From contig CAXXWW010000003.1 of NCBI GenBank assembly GCA_963665215.2, positions 94,526 to 158,525 on the forward strand: DNA of 64,000 nt, read 5' to 3'. The notes beneath the pieces are model-generated. The model did not search any database and was not told the origin of the DNA. It saw nothing but the letters and a program-made list of their open reading frames with translations. Numbering within the stretch: the stretch's first letter is position 1; each line of letters starts with the position of its first letter. Shown here in pieces: positions 49,031 to 59,311 of this stretch. Position numbers and translations under genes: made by a program. Origin of the DNA: Dehalococcoidia bacterium (GTDB lineage: Bacteria > Chloroflexota > Dehalococcoidia > Lucifugimonadales > CAUZJF01).

Positions 49031-49724
49031 CCTCCTCTTCACGCGATGGACTACAAGCTACGGCGGGGGAGACGTCTGTCCTGCGGTCGAGGAGACGATT
49101 TGGACGCTGCTGGCCCGCGTCTCTGGCGCTGGGATCGTCTACTTCACCATCAACCCGGTCTGGGATGATGATGTGACAGAGCTCCAAGACCTCCTGTATG
49201 AGCATGGGCTCACGCTGATCACCCCTTCCAAGAGGCGGAATCACGGGCCTTTCGTCGTGCCCATCTCTTCAAGGGAGCACCTCGCGGCCATAGTGCAGAT
49301 CTGGAACCACGATGCCCCGATCACGCCGTCCCACAACTTCCGCATCTTTGCACCCAGGCCGTCGTCCTTCAACAGACTCGTGGCTCAGGCCGGCGCCCTC
49401 GTCGACGCCGACTACAAAAGCGAAAAGGACATGCTCAAGGCGTGGGAGGTTGCAAGCGACTACGTAGTCGCAGACTACAGCGAAGGCCTTCGCAACGAGC
49501 TCTGGGTACACTCGGCGGACCGTCGGAGAATGGAGTGGGCCAGGGAGGGCATAGCAGAGATCTGGCGATCACAAGGCGTCGACGTTGGGTCCGCTGGGAC
49601 CTAGCCCGAGATACAGCCGAACCGGACAAAATCAAGAACTTTCACCTTGAGATTCAGGTTAGAGTCTGACATTGGCCTTGGGCTAGGAATGCCCTGATGG
49701 TCCCAATAGAGGAGGCCGCGACGC

Positions 49725-50345
49725 ATGACGGGATGCCCCGCCAACAACTCTCCCATCGCCCGCGCATTGGGGGGCGACTTTATCAACCTACACACGGCGG
49801 TGCGTAAGCACTACTCTGAACCAACGGTGGTCTTGAGTGGGGTCATGGACAGTATCAATGTTAAGACGGCAATCAGGCCAGTAGCATTGCTCTCATACAT
49901 GCTGTTCCGTGCCCCGGTCCCGCACGGCGGAGAGGATGTTGAATTCACCGTGCACAGCCGAGTCGATGGTTCGGGCGCGATGCATTGGCTCAGGACCTTC
50001 TTCGGCAACGACGGCTCTCGTAGGGACGTGACGTTCTCTTCTCACATGGCATTTTCAGGCGACCATAGAATCATCGAAACTACGAGATGGGGTCTGGGGG
50101 TAGAGTCGGACTTGCGAGTTGACCACGTAGGAAGCTTGGTCTATGAGATCCGGAAGTACGTGTTAAGGGTACCTTTTCTTGGGCTGATTATTGGATTCCC
50201 CACCTGGGTCTCGCCTTTCGGAGGTGGCTGCACCACCGAAACCGGAGAGAGTGAAGCCAGTTTCAGTGTCAACTTTGAGATGACCCATCCGGTATTCGGA
50301 CGAACTATCGGCTACTCGGGTAGGTGTCGGATGTCGTCCCTTTAG
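49725..50345 (+). CDS. DUF4166-like protein
   Basis: GAGGAGG RBS. 206 aa. The overall pattern (LG.DF..LH..V..HY...G....W.RTF...) resembles DUF4166; call made from memory only. Confidence 0.5.
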   Translation: MTGCPANNSPIARALGGDFINLHTAVRKHYSEPTVVLSGVMDSINVKTAIRPVALLSYMLFRAPVPHGGEDVEFTVHSRVDGSGAMHWLRTFFGNDGSRRDVTFSSHMAFSGDHRIIETTRWGLGVESDLRVDHVGSLVYEIRKYVLRVPFLGLIIGFPTWVSPFGGGCTTETGESEASFSVNFEMTHPVFGRTIGYSGRCRMSSL

Positions 50346-50355
50346 GCTAGCTAAG

Positions 50356-52074
50356 CCCGAATCCACCGAAGGAGGGCGTCGGGTTAGCGTCCTGAGGCGG
50401 CAAGAAGGTGCTCCTGTGCTTCTGGGATAATGGTTTTGTAGCAAAAAAACGGCCCCGGAAAAGGAGCACCCAGTAGATGCTGCCACGCAACCACCCCGAC
50501 CGGATCCAAATCACCTTCGACGACCGCCGCTTGGTGGCCAATGCCGGGCTGCTCCTTCCGGCCACCCTGGCGCGGCACCTCGGCCTGCCCGAACTCGTCC
50601 GGCAGCGCCTCGACCTGGGCGATGCCCCGGGGCGGGCGAACACGAGCGACAAGATGATGACGCTGGTGGCGTCTGCGCTGGCTGGGGGCGACTGCATTGA
50701 CGACGCCGATGTGTTGCGCACCGGGGGGACGGCCTGCACCCTGGGCGGCACGGTCAAGGCGCCATCGACCCTGGGCACCTTCCTGCGCAGCTTCCGGTGG
50801 GGCCACGTCCGTCAACTCGACCGGGTGAGCCGCGAGTTGCTGGCCCGGGCTTGGCAGGCCGGGGCGGGACCCGGCGACGGGCCCCTGACCATTGACCTGG
50901 ACTCCACCATCTGCGAGACCTACGGACTGGCCAAGGAGGGAGCGCGCCACCACGGCTATACCGGCAAGCGGGGCTACCACCCGCTGCTGGCCATCGCCGC
51001 CGGCACCGGAGACGTGCTGATGTCCCGGCTGCGCGAGGGCCGGGCCAACACCGCCCGCGGCGCCGCCCACTTCCTGCGGGAGACGGTGGGACGGGTGCGC
51101 TACGCCGGGGCCAACGGACGACTCACGCTACGGGCCGACAGCGGGTTCTACACTCATGGCGTGGTATCCGTCTGCCGCAAGATGGATGTCCGCTTCTCCA
51201 TCACCATCCGCCAGCACAAAAGCCTGCACAATCTCATCGAGGCGATACCCGAAGATGCCTGGACGCCGATTCCTTACTGGATGGACGGCGCCGCCGATGT
51301 GGCCGAGACCACCTGCACCCCCTTCCAGGCCGAGGCGGACGCCGCGCCGGTACGGCTCATCGTCCGGCGGGTGAAGCCGACGCCCGGTTCCCAACTGGCC
51401 CTCTTCGCCAAATACAGCTATCATGGCTTCATCACCGACCGGGACGGGGAGTTGCTCGAACTGGAGGCTGACCATCGCCGCCACGCCGAGATCGAGAATG
51501 CCATACGCGACCTCAAGTACGGCGTCGGGCTGAACCATCTCCCCTCGGGCCGCTTCGCCGCCAACGGCGCCTGGCTGGCCGTCCAGACGATGGCCCACAA
51601 CCTGGCCCGCTGGACGGCGCGGATCGGTCTGGGAGAGCGGATAGCCACCACCAAGACCCTCCGGCGGCGGTTCTTCTCCCTGGCCGGACGGCTCACCCGC
51701 TCGGCACGCCGGTTGACCCTGCATCTTCCGGATCGCTGGCCTTGGGCTGAGAAGTTCAGCCGCGCCTTGGCCCGGCTGCGAGCCATTCCACTCCCGGCCT
51801 GACGGCACCGTCGGCGACCGACCCACCCACCGGACAACCGAAGATCCCCGCAGACTCGTGCCAGCCCGGTCCGAGAGAGTTCCCTGCTGCGTATTCTCTC
51901 GCCATCCCGCGCATCGCAGCTCCCGCAGACGGCCATAGGGGCCCCTGTGCGGCGATGAAGACCGTCCGCCGACCTCCCTACCCCAAATGGAACCCAGGCT
52001 ATTTCCCCTGTAGCTCCCTCACCCCCCTTCCGCTTTCCTCACGCCGTCCATCGGTGTCCTTCGGTGGATTCGGG
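50356..52074 (+). mobile_element. IS1380-family insertion sequence, copy 4 (1719 bp)
   Basis: Same inverted repeats. CTAAG at 50351-50355 and 52075-52079. Confidence 0.9.
50477..51802 (+). CDS. IS1380-family transposase (441 aa)
   Basis: Protein identical to copies 1 and 3. Confidence 0.92.
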   Translation: MLPRNHPDRIQITFDDRRLVANAGLLLPATLARHLGLPELVRQRLDLGDAPGRANTSDKMMTLVASALAGGDCIDDADVLRTGGTACTLGGTVKAPSTLGTFLRSFRWGHVRQLDRVSRELLARAWQAGAGPGDGPLTIDLDSTICETYGLAKEGARHHGYTGKRGYHPLLAIAAGTGDVLMSRLREGRANTARGAAHFLRETVGRVRYAGANGRLTLRADSGFYTHGVVSVCRKMDVRFSITIRQHKSLHNLIEAIPEDAWTPIPYWMDGAADVAETTCTPFQAEADAAPVRLIVRRVKPTPGSQLALFAKYSYHGFITDRDGELLELEADHRRHAEIENAIRDLKYGVGLNHLPSGRFAANGAWLAVQTMAHNLARWTARIGLGERIATTKTLRRRFFSLAGRLTRSARRLTLHLPDRWPWAEKFSRALARLRAIPLPA

Positions 52075-52703
52075 CTAAGACTGAGCAGGCGGCAAAAGAC
52101 ATGGCCAAGGGCCAGCCACTGCCGCCGGGGTCGCCTTTGCAACTGCGGGGGTTGCAAAGGGCGCGGCCATAGCTGGAATTGGGCTATCGCTCGGTCCCTT
52201 CGTGCAACATCGCGAGGACGAGGCCAAATAAATAGGAACCCCGCTAACGATTCAGAGAAATCAATGGTTCAGGCGCTGGGGCAACTGTGAATTCGAGAGG
52301 GAAGTCGCTCTCGACGACCTGACGGGCCCGGTCGATCTGTTGCGCCGAGTCAAGCCGCTCAGTGGGTTCAATCCCGACTCCAATTCCTGAGAAATCAGGG
52401 AGAGGTCCTGCCTCAGTGACATTAACGCCTGCCCCGGAGAGATCAAGTTCGACAAGCCGCCTTGCTTCCCGCTGAAGCTCTACGAGTGAGTAGGGTCTTT
52501 CAACGACTCGAACTGGGACGCTGGTCCGCAACGTCCGCACAAGCGCGGCCATCCTGTGAGGGACTTGTCCCTTCCAGTAGAGGATTACTTCCCCCTTGTC
52601 ATTGTCAAACCGAATCCCTGTGGAGCCTTCCAAGCCTTCTCTCTGCCAAAGCTCGTAGATTTGACTCGACGCGTCTGCTAGAGGCATCTGCCTAACGATC
52701 CTA

Positions 52704-53940
52704 GTGGTTCAACGTTTTTGTATTGATGGGTAGAGTGACTTTAGCTTGATGCGCGCATCCTCGGTAGTGAAGCGCCAATCCACTCGTATCACATCCCGGT
52801 TGCGTTGATTCTGCCAAGCATTGACCTCGCCGCGCAGGATGTCTTGATTGGCAATCCGTCGGTCCAGGCACTGTCGAGCCAGCACACCGATCTCTATCTC
52901 CGCCATATTCAACCAACTCCCGTGTTTGGGAGTGTAGTGTATCTCCAGTCGCTCAGCTATACGCCTCGCCTCAGCAGGCTCGAATGCCTCGTATAGCGAG
53001 GACAGCTTGTGAGTGTTGAGATTGTCCATTACCAGCACGATCCGGTCTCTGTCAGGGTAGTCCTCGTCGACCAGTTCCTTTATCACATGCGCCCAGTCCA
53101 CCTTCGTGCGACGCTCTCTGACCTCGACTCGGCGCCATCCGTCCAACGGTGCAAACAGCATGAACAGGCTGCTCACTCCATTGCGCTCGTATTCGTAGTC
53201 GTATGCCGCCGATAAGCCGGGCGCTGCGGGACGCGGCACTCGCGTCTCCTTGACTTGCTGTTTGCTCGTCTCATCCATGCACACCAGAACCTCATTCCCA
53301 TCGTACGGCCGTTGGTAGACCTCCAGTACGTCTTCCATCGCGCACACAAACTCCGCGCTCTGACCGGGCGGGATGCACCAACTCTGCTTCAGCCACGGCT
53401 TCAGTTCGTTTTTTTTTAAGCGCCTGGCGAACCGTCTCGGTGCTAATGGTCCCGACTATCTCACACTCGACCAACTGGTCAGCCAACAGCTTCAGGGTCC
53501 AACTGGCACGCCCCTCCGGCGGTTCCCCGCAGGCCATCGCTATCAACCGTGCTTCACCTTCGCCGTCCAGTCTCTTTTGACGCCGACGCAGTTGCTTTTT
53601 GCGATTCAGCGCAGACTCGACCCCCTCCTCCACACAGCGCTTGCGTATTCGCTCGACCGTTGACTGTCCCACACCGAGCGCGCTGGTGATGTCCGCGTCC
53701 TTCATTCCCCCGTCCGAGCGTGACTCATCGCTCATCAGCAGAATGCGCGCATGGGTCTGTTTGTACGCCGCAGCCCGACCGCGTGAGACCAAGGCGTTGA
53801 GTTCCTGTTGTTCGTCGGTAGTCAGTCTGATACGGTACTTCTTGGTAGACATCATGGTTCCTCCTCGGTTCAACGTTACGATTGAACCCCCAAGAGGAAC
53901 AATGACTATCATGGTATTCATTTCAATGATGTTGGACCAC
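52704..53940 (-). mobile_element. IS630-family insertion sequence, copy 2 (1237 bp)
   Basis: Appears identical to copy 1. TA at 52702-52703 and 53941-53942. Confidence 0.9.
52709..53855 (-). CDS. IS630-family transposase (requires A9 recoding, as in copy 1)
   Basis: Same two ORFs as copy 1; T9 run at 53409-53417. Confidence 0.85.
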
Positions 53941-54364
53941 TAGGGTCTATCGTTCGGGGAGGGGCCTCGTGGGATATCTTCGATTTGTGACCAGGTGCCG
54001 ATTCGTAACCACCCGTGCCTCGGGCGTACAAAATCCCCGCAGCGGCAATCAACGTCAGCGTTACTACCAGAATTGCAGAGTATGTGAATCTCCGACTCAT
54101 ACCAACGCTTCTTCGTCTTCACGAATGCAATTACTACAGCAATGTCGTCAAAGCCGACGAACCCTACTAGAATAGAGAGGCATCTAAGTTTCGATTTTAC
54201 CACGCCGGGGTTTAGCCATCTCAACTCCGGCGCTTCGTGATATCCGGGAGCCCGGTGCACGAAACGCACTAGCGCTTGGTACGGAGGGACATCTGAGGTC
54301 TATCGGCGTAGCGACGGTATCTGCATGGGTCGCCCATGCCTTTGCCTGGGCCGCTGGGGTCTGG

Positions 54365-54712
54365 TTGGCGTTCTGGCCCACCTATGAGGGTGCGTCGGTA
54401 ACGGCGACACTCCCTGGTGAGCCTGGCGGGGAGGTGATTCGCTCTAGCGCTACGGCAATAGAAGTGAATGGCCTGCACGTAATCTTGTTGCTGCTAGTGC
54501 CTATCCTGTTGACCGCCATCACTTTGTTGGGCCTTCGGCTCCAACAGACGACGATGCGCAAGATACTCCTCTGGAGCCCCGCCGTCGTGCTTCTGGGATT
54601 CTGTTTTGTAGCGATAGCTTCCATCGGCATGTTCTACCTGCCAACAGCCCTCGCGCTCCTTGCTGCAGCCATTGCTGATCTCGGAGGTCAGGAAGGCAAT
54701 GAGCCGATCTAG
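54365..54712 (+). CDS. Hypothetical membrane protein
   Basis: Two clear TM segments (LHVILLLLVPILLTAITLLGL, VVLLGFCFVAIASIGMFYLPTALALLAAAI). The frame is open upstream to 54188 and encodes a further hydrophobic segment, so a non-ATG start near 54293 (behind GGAGGG) is possible. Confidence 0.45.
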   Translation: MAFWPTYEGASVTATLPGEPGGEVIRSSATAIEVNGLHVILLLLVPILLTAITLLGLRLQQTTMRKILLWSPAVVLLGFCFVAIASIGMFYLPTALALLAAAIADLGGQEGNEPI

Positions 54713-55622
54713 TCTCTCGGTCGTCACTGGGGCCTTTGGCTACAGTGGCAAGTACATCGCGCGGCGGTTGCTGGAACAGGGTGGCATTGTGAAAACGTTG
54801 ACCCGTACTCCCGCCTCCCGCAGCCCCTTCGGTGATCGGGTGGAGGCTCTACCTTTGGACTTCGGCGATTACGATAGGTTGGTGGAAAGTCTTCGGGGAG
54901 CCGCCACTCTGTACAACACCTATTGGATTCGCTTTGCCAGAGGAGCGGTCACGTATGAGGTCGCCGTCCAGAACTCCCGCACCCTGATAGCAGCGGCGGT
55001 CGAAGCCGGTGTTAGACGCATCGTCCATATCAGCATAACCAACCCTTCGGAAGACTCGCCACTTCCTTACTTCCGGGGGAAGGCGCTGGTGGAGAAGGCG
55101 ATCCACGAGTCTGGGTTGTCCTACGCCATCCTCCGACCCACGGTGCTGTTCAGCCCTGAGGATGTGCTGATAAACAACATCGCCTGGTTCCTGCGGCGGT
55201 TTCCAGCGTTCCCCATCGCAGGGTCCGGGGACTATCCGATCCAGCCTGTGTTCGTGGGCGACCTCGCACAACTTGCCGTGAATGCCGCGACGGGAAGTGA
55301 AGATGTCGTATTAGACACGGTGGGACCTGAGACATTCACGTTTGAGGGGATGGTACGGCTCATAGCTAGACGAGTGGACAGCCGAGCCCGACTGATTCAC
55401 GTACGGCCTTCCGTGGCGCTGCTGGCCGCCCGAATGGCGGGTTGGCTGGTGCGGGACGTGGTGCTGACCAGGGATGAAATAGACGGCCTGTTGGCGGGCC
55501 ATCTGGTTTCGGTTGACCCGCCTACCAGCTCCACCCGGTTCACCGAATGGCTGGAGGCCGAGGGCGCCACGTTGGGACGCCGCTATGCCTCGGAACTGGG
55601 CCGCCACTACCGCCGCCCGTAA
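54699..55622 (+). CDS. NAD(P)-binding Rossmann protein (NmrA/atypical-SDR-like)
   Basis: MSRSSLSVVTGAFGYSGKYIARRLLEQG (GxxGxxG). About 307 aa. Confidence 0.75.
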   Translation: MSRSSLSVVTGAFGYSGKYIARRLLEQGGIVKTLTRTPASRSPFGDRVEALPLDFGDYDRLVESLRGAATLYNTYWIRFARGAVTYEVAVQNSRTLIAAAVEAGVRRIVHISITNPSEDSPLPYFRGKALVEKAIHESGLSYAILRPTVLFSPEDVLINNIAWFLRRFPAFPIAGSGDYPIQPVFVGDLAQLAVNAATGSEDVVLDTVGPETFTFEGMVRLIARRVDSRARLIHVRPSVALLAARMAGWLVRDVVLTRDEIDGLLAGHLVSVDPPTSSTRFTEWLEAEGATLGRRYASELGRHYRRP

Positions 55623-55725
55623 GGTCGCACATACTTGTTATCAAATAGACACCAATAGCTCAGATACTGGTGGGCGGTTGACTTAGCTTCAGTCGGAGGT
55701 AGCATGTCGTCCAGTCCGGCTCCCT

Positions 55726-57381
55726 TTGGCGGACTACGTCAAGCACCGCATGAGGGGCTTCTTCGACCTGCTCATTGCAGACGAGGTCCATGAGTTTAAG
55801 GGCAGAGGCTCGGCCCAGGGCATCGCGGCGGGCATCCTCGCCGACGCCTGCGGCAGGTCCCTAACACTGACGGGAACTTTGCTTGGAAGATATGCTTCAA
55901 CATTGTTCCATCTCCTCTACAGGTTCTCCCCCGAGATCAGGACGGAGTTCGGCAGATCGGAGGAGGGCCGCTGGATCAGCCGGTACGGCTTCCTGGAGGA
56001 GACCATCCGTCGCGGGGACGACGGCGGCTACGACGAGGACGGCAGGAGCAGCAGGCGCAGGCGCTACCGCAAGACGGTGCGCGAGAAGCCGGGACTCGCT
56101 CCGGCTGCACTTTTCCACCTCATAGGACACAGCGTGTTCCTGCGGCTGTCCGAGGTGGCCTCCGACCTGCCGCCCTACGAGGAGCAGGTGCTCCTGTCCT
56201 CGATGGACTCCGAACCCGACGCCACGGAGCTATCGCAGGGCAAGGCATACGACAAGCTCTTCGACACGCTGCGGGCCGCTCTGACTGAGGCCCTCGCCAA
56301 GGGCTCAAAGAGGCTGCTGGCCACGTACCTTCAAAGCCTTCTGGCCTACCCGGACGGCTGCACGCGGGGCGAGACGGCCTTCGATCCCACGACCGGGGAC
56401 GTGCTCGTGCAGATACCTCCGCTGTCGGACGAGAGGCTATACCCAAAGGAAAAGGCACTGCTCGACCTTGTGGCCGCCGAGCGGCTGGAGGGGAGAAGGG
56501 TCCTCGTCTACGCCACCCACACCGGGACACGGGACGTGACCGGGCGGATGAGCGACATCCTCACCCGCCACGGCTTTAAGGTGGCGGTGATGAAGGCCGA
56601 CGCGGTTGCCCCCGACCGCAGGGAGGCGTGGGTCGCGCAGAAGGTAAAGGAGGGCATCGACATATTGATATGCCATCCCCGGCTGGTGCAGACCGGCCTC
56701 GACCTGGTGGACTTTCCAACGATCTGTTGGATGGAAACAGACTACAGCGTCTACACGATGCGGCAGGCTTCGCGCCGCTCGTGGCGCATCGGCCAGACCA
56801 GGCCCGTCAGGGTCGTCTTCATGGCCTACAGGAACAGCCTCCAGGCCGACGCGCTCAAGCTGGTGGCCAAGAAGCTACAGAGTTCCCTGGCGGTGGAGGG
56901 CGAGCTGCCAGAGGACGGGCTGGCCGCATACGGCGACGACGGAGACGACCTGATGCTCGCCCTGGCGCGCAAGATCGTCAATGGAGAGGAGGGGGACCTG
57001 TCTGCCGACGAGGCAGGCGAGGAGACCGTGGAAGCGGCCTTCGCGCAGGCGCGGGACGCCGAGGCAACCGGAGAGGAGCTGCTGGTTGACGAGGGGTGGC
57101 ACATGGTCGAGCCGGAGTCGGTCGAAGTGCACAGGAACGGAACCGCGCCTTCGGTTGAGGTGGTCATGGCCAACGGGCACCTGTCTCCCAAAGAACCCAA
57201 CGGAGCCGAAGCGGAAGAGCTGGAGCAGGCAGTCTTGACGTGGGCAGAGCTGTTTGCGGAGGTGCCTGTGAAGCCGAACGGACGGCGCAAGCCACCCCGG
57301 CCGGCATCGCTGTCGCTGTTCGAGTGGGCGCTCAGCGTGGAGCAGGAGAGAGAGGAAGAGCTGGTCGGCGCGGGCCGCTGA
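55726..57381 (+). pseudogene. SNF2/DEAD-like helicase gene lacking its N-terminal (Walker A) part
   Basis: Starts just before motif II (LLIADEVHEFKG), then motif III LTGT, a helicase-C domain (VLVYATHTG...) and motif VI QASRRSWRIGQ. An in-frame stop at 55684-55686 leaves no room for motif I. Confidence 0.65.
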
Positions 57382-58196
57382 CTAGGTGCTGACCGAAACG
57401 CAAGGGGCGGCCATCGTATTGCACGGTGGTCGCCTCTGCTCGTTCATCTATATGTGGGCCTTTTTTTGTTGTCAGAAAGGGCCACTCGGGCGGCCGACAA
57501 AGACGAGGACACACTCACAGTGCGTGCGCTTAGCCTCACAGGAGAGACCAGAAGGGTGGATTCCAGGAAGGCACAGTATCCGTGACCATCCGGGGGCGAA
57601 GTGGGTACAGATGAGCCTCTGGCCTCGCGTGTTCGTCAGTTATCGAAAGGAGAGCCGGGTGGTGATGGTCAAGGGACAGGTATTAGAGGTGGGACGGTAC
57701 GATTCCTCCCCTCCGTACCATGGTGAATCCGGTGACATCCATACGGCTGTGCCCCTCGAGCCCTCCCTTGGCCCGTCCTCGCCAACACAGACGATTTCCA
57801 TCACCTGCAACGAGTGTCCTGGGGGCGGATCGGACACCATATCACTGGACCCAGGCTGGCCATACCATGACGGCCATCACCGGCCCCAACCCGTGATAAT
57901 GGCCGTCGGCGTTCTCACACCAATTCTTGTCCAGGTCAGGCCCAGCCGTCGCATCGGCTGCTTGCACGCGCTCTCCGCCGGAAGCATAGGCCACAGAGCT
58001 GACCGGCAATATGGACTGATCAGTCCCAGAGTTCCAGGGCTGAGTCAGCCTGACGGATGTGGCTAGTAGCACGACCACGGCCACCGTTGATACGAGAGTC
58101 ATGCGATCCGGGGATACTGAGAGTCACCATATGGAGAATCTGTGCAGCCTGTAGCGATGGTTCCCCACTCTCATGGTCACACCCCACAGGTGCGGA

Positions 58197-58499
58197 TTAC
58201 TCTCCGGGTCCCTCCGTTACTCCAGTAACGTCGCCGAATATCGCTTGCACGGTCAGTCCGACCAGCGCGGCAATAATAATCACGCCTCCGGTGATCCCGA
58301 CGATGCCGAGGACCTTCCAGCCTTTGCTCGGACCGCGTAGAAATGCCATGATTCCGCCGAATAGCCACATCGCTGCAACGACCGGCGCCAACGGCGGTGC
58401 GGCGAAAGCGGCCGCAGAGAGCCCCGCCGTGACCGCCAAGCCGACAACCCAGCTCAATGAAGTGTCTGCAGGGGAGCTTCTCGGCTCAATTGAACTCAT
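58197..58499 (-). CDS. Small hypothetical membrane protein (3 predicted TM segments)
   Basis: SWVVGLAVTAGLSAAAFAA, VVAAMWLFGGIMAF, VLGIVGITGGVIIIAALVGLTV. Lies directly downstream of the secreted-protein gene. Confidence 0.45.
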   Translation of the reverse strand: MSSIEPRSSPADTSLSWVVGLAVTAGLSAAAFAAPPLAPVVAAMWLFGGIMAFLRGPSKGWKVLGIVGITGGVIIIAALVGLTVQAIFGDVTGVTEGPGE

Positions 58500-58544
58500 C
58501 GCGTACGACTCCCTACTTTCGCTCCTGCCTGTGGTAAGGACTGC

Positions 58545-59208
58545 CTATACGCCCCAGTCGTCCCAGTACCCATTGTTCTTTTTCCCTTTCTGATCAATCC
58601 ACGGGTACTTGTAGATTGGCAAACACCCAATAAGACAATATTGAACCGTGCCCTGAGTGAACGCCGTATAGAACGTAGAAGCAAGATAAGTGGAGCCACT
58701 GCTATGACCCTTGTAGTTCCAAGGCCAATTCGCGGATCCACCGCGCGTCCGGTATCCACTGTCGACGGTCGATACCGTGTAGCACCAATTAATCTTTTGC
58801 CAGTATTTCCAAAAGATCCCTTGGCTGACTGTGAGCTTCCTCCACGTCCAAGTGCAAGAATCCCCCCCCATTCCCATTCGAGACCTTTCGTAAAGCGGCC
58901 ACTGGCACCCCCGCCGCACCTTCCCCTGTAGTTACCTCGTAAGTGATCGGCGTCTTCCTTACGAGGTCTTCGATAGCCGCCTGGGCTTCGCGGGGCAACT
59001 CGGCGAAAGCGGCCTGCGCACCATCACCCTTCTGCTGCAACTCTTCGATAGTGTGGATGATGACTTCAGGATCGGACCAGTCTACTTCCGCTCCGACTTC
59101 CGCTCCGGCGGCCGCTCCGGCGGCCGCTCCGGCAGGCACAGCTATCATCGCGAGCACTATTGCAATCGCTATAACGCCACAGAATACGCCTAGCCGCTTC
59201 TTGTTCAT
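58545..59208 (-). pseudogene. Secreted W/Y-rich protein gene, split into two overlapping frames at a G8 tract
   Basis: ATG at 59208 behind GGAGGGGG: MNKKRLGVFCGVIAIAIVLAMIAVPAGA (signal)...LRKVSNGNGG. With one G fewer it continues DSCTWTWRKLTVSQGIFWKYWQKINWCYTVSTVDSG...YWDDWGV* to 58545. Confidence 0.5.
58862..58869. repeat. C8/G8 homopolymer at the frame switch
   Basis: The + strand reads T-CCCCCCCC-A at 58861-58870. Confidence 0.9.
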
Positions 59209-59311
59209 CGTACCCCCTCCGTTATGCCTAGCTAGTAATGCCCTAAAGAGGTGGTCTCGTTTGTCTGAACAGCGCTGCCCGGTTTGATAAGTGGAATCGC
59301 GCTGCCGTGCG

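Larger units (their letters stand above)
47488..49604 (+). pseudogene. Hypothetical gene (about 250 aa reconstructed) split by IS256 copy D
   Basis: VSDDSVSKEALGQRLHIPERITLSIPPSGYESVGWGGPWSIVLRGEFVRGSYTTGRLL (47488-47662) joins in frame to FTRWTTSYGGGDVCPAVEETIW...SAGT* (49039-49604) after removing the IS and one target repeat. Confidence 0.5.
52244..54100 (-). pseudogene. Membrane-anchored protein gene (alpha-lytic-protease-prodomain-like region) split by IS630 copy 2
   Basis: MSRRFTYSAILVVTLTLIAAAGILYARGTGGYESAPGHKSKISHEAPPRTIDP (54100-53943) joins in frame across the TA to RIVRQMPLADASSQIYELWQREGLEG...ISLNR* (to 52244). Confidence 0.55.

Noticed and set aside
57386-58102. Competing ORFs on both strands: 226 aa on plus; 86 aa with a signal-like N-terminus and 66 aa on minus.
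   Set aside because: No RBS, no motifs and mutually exclusive frames. The region may contain a frameshifted secreted-protein gene on the minus strand, but the evidence is too thin to call.
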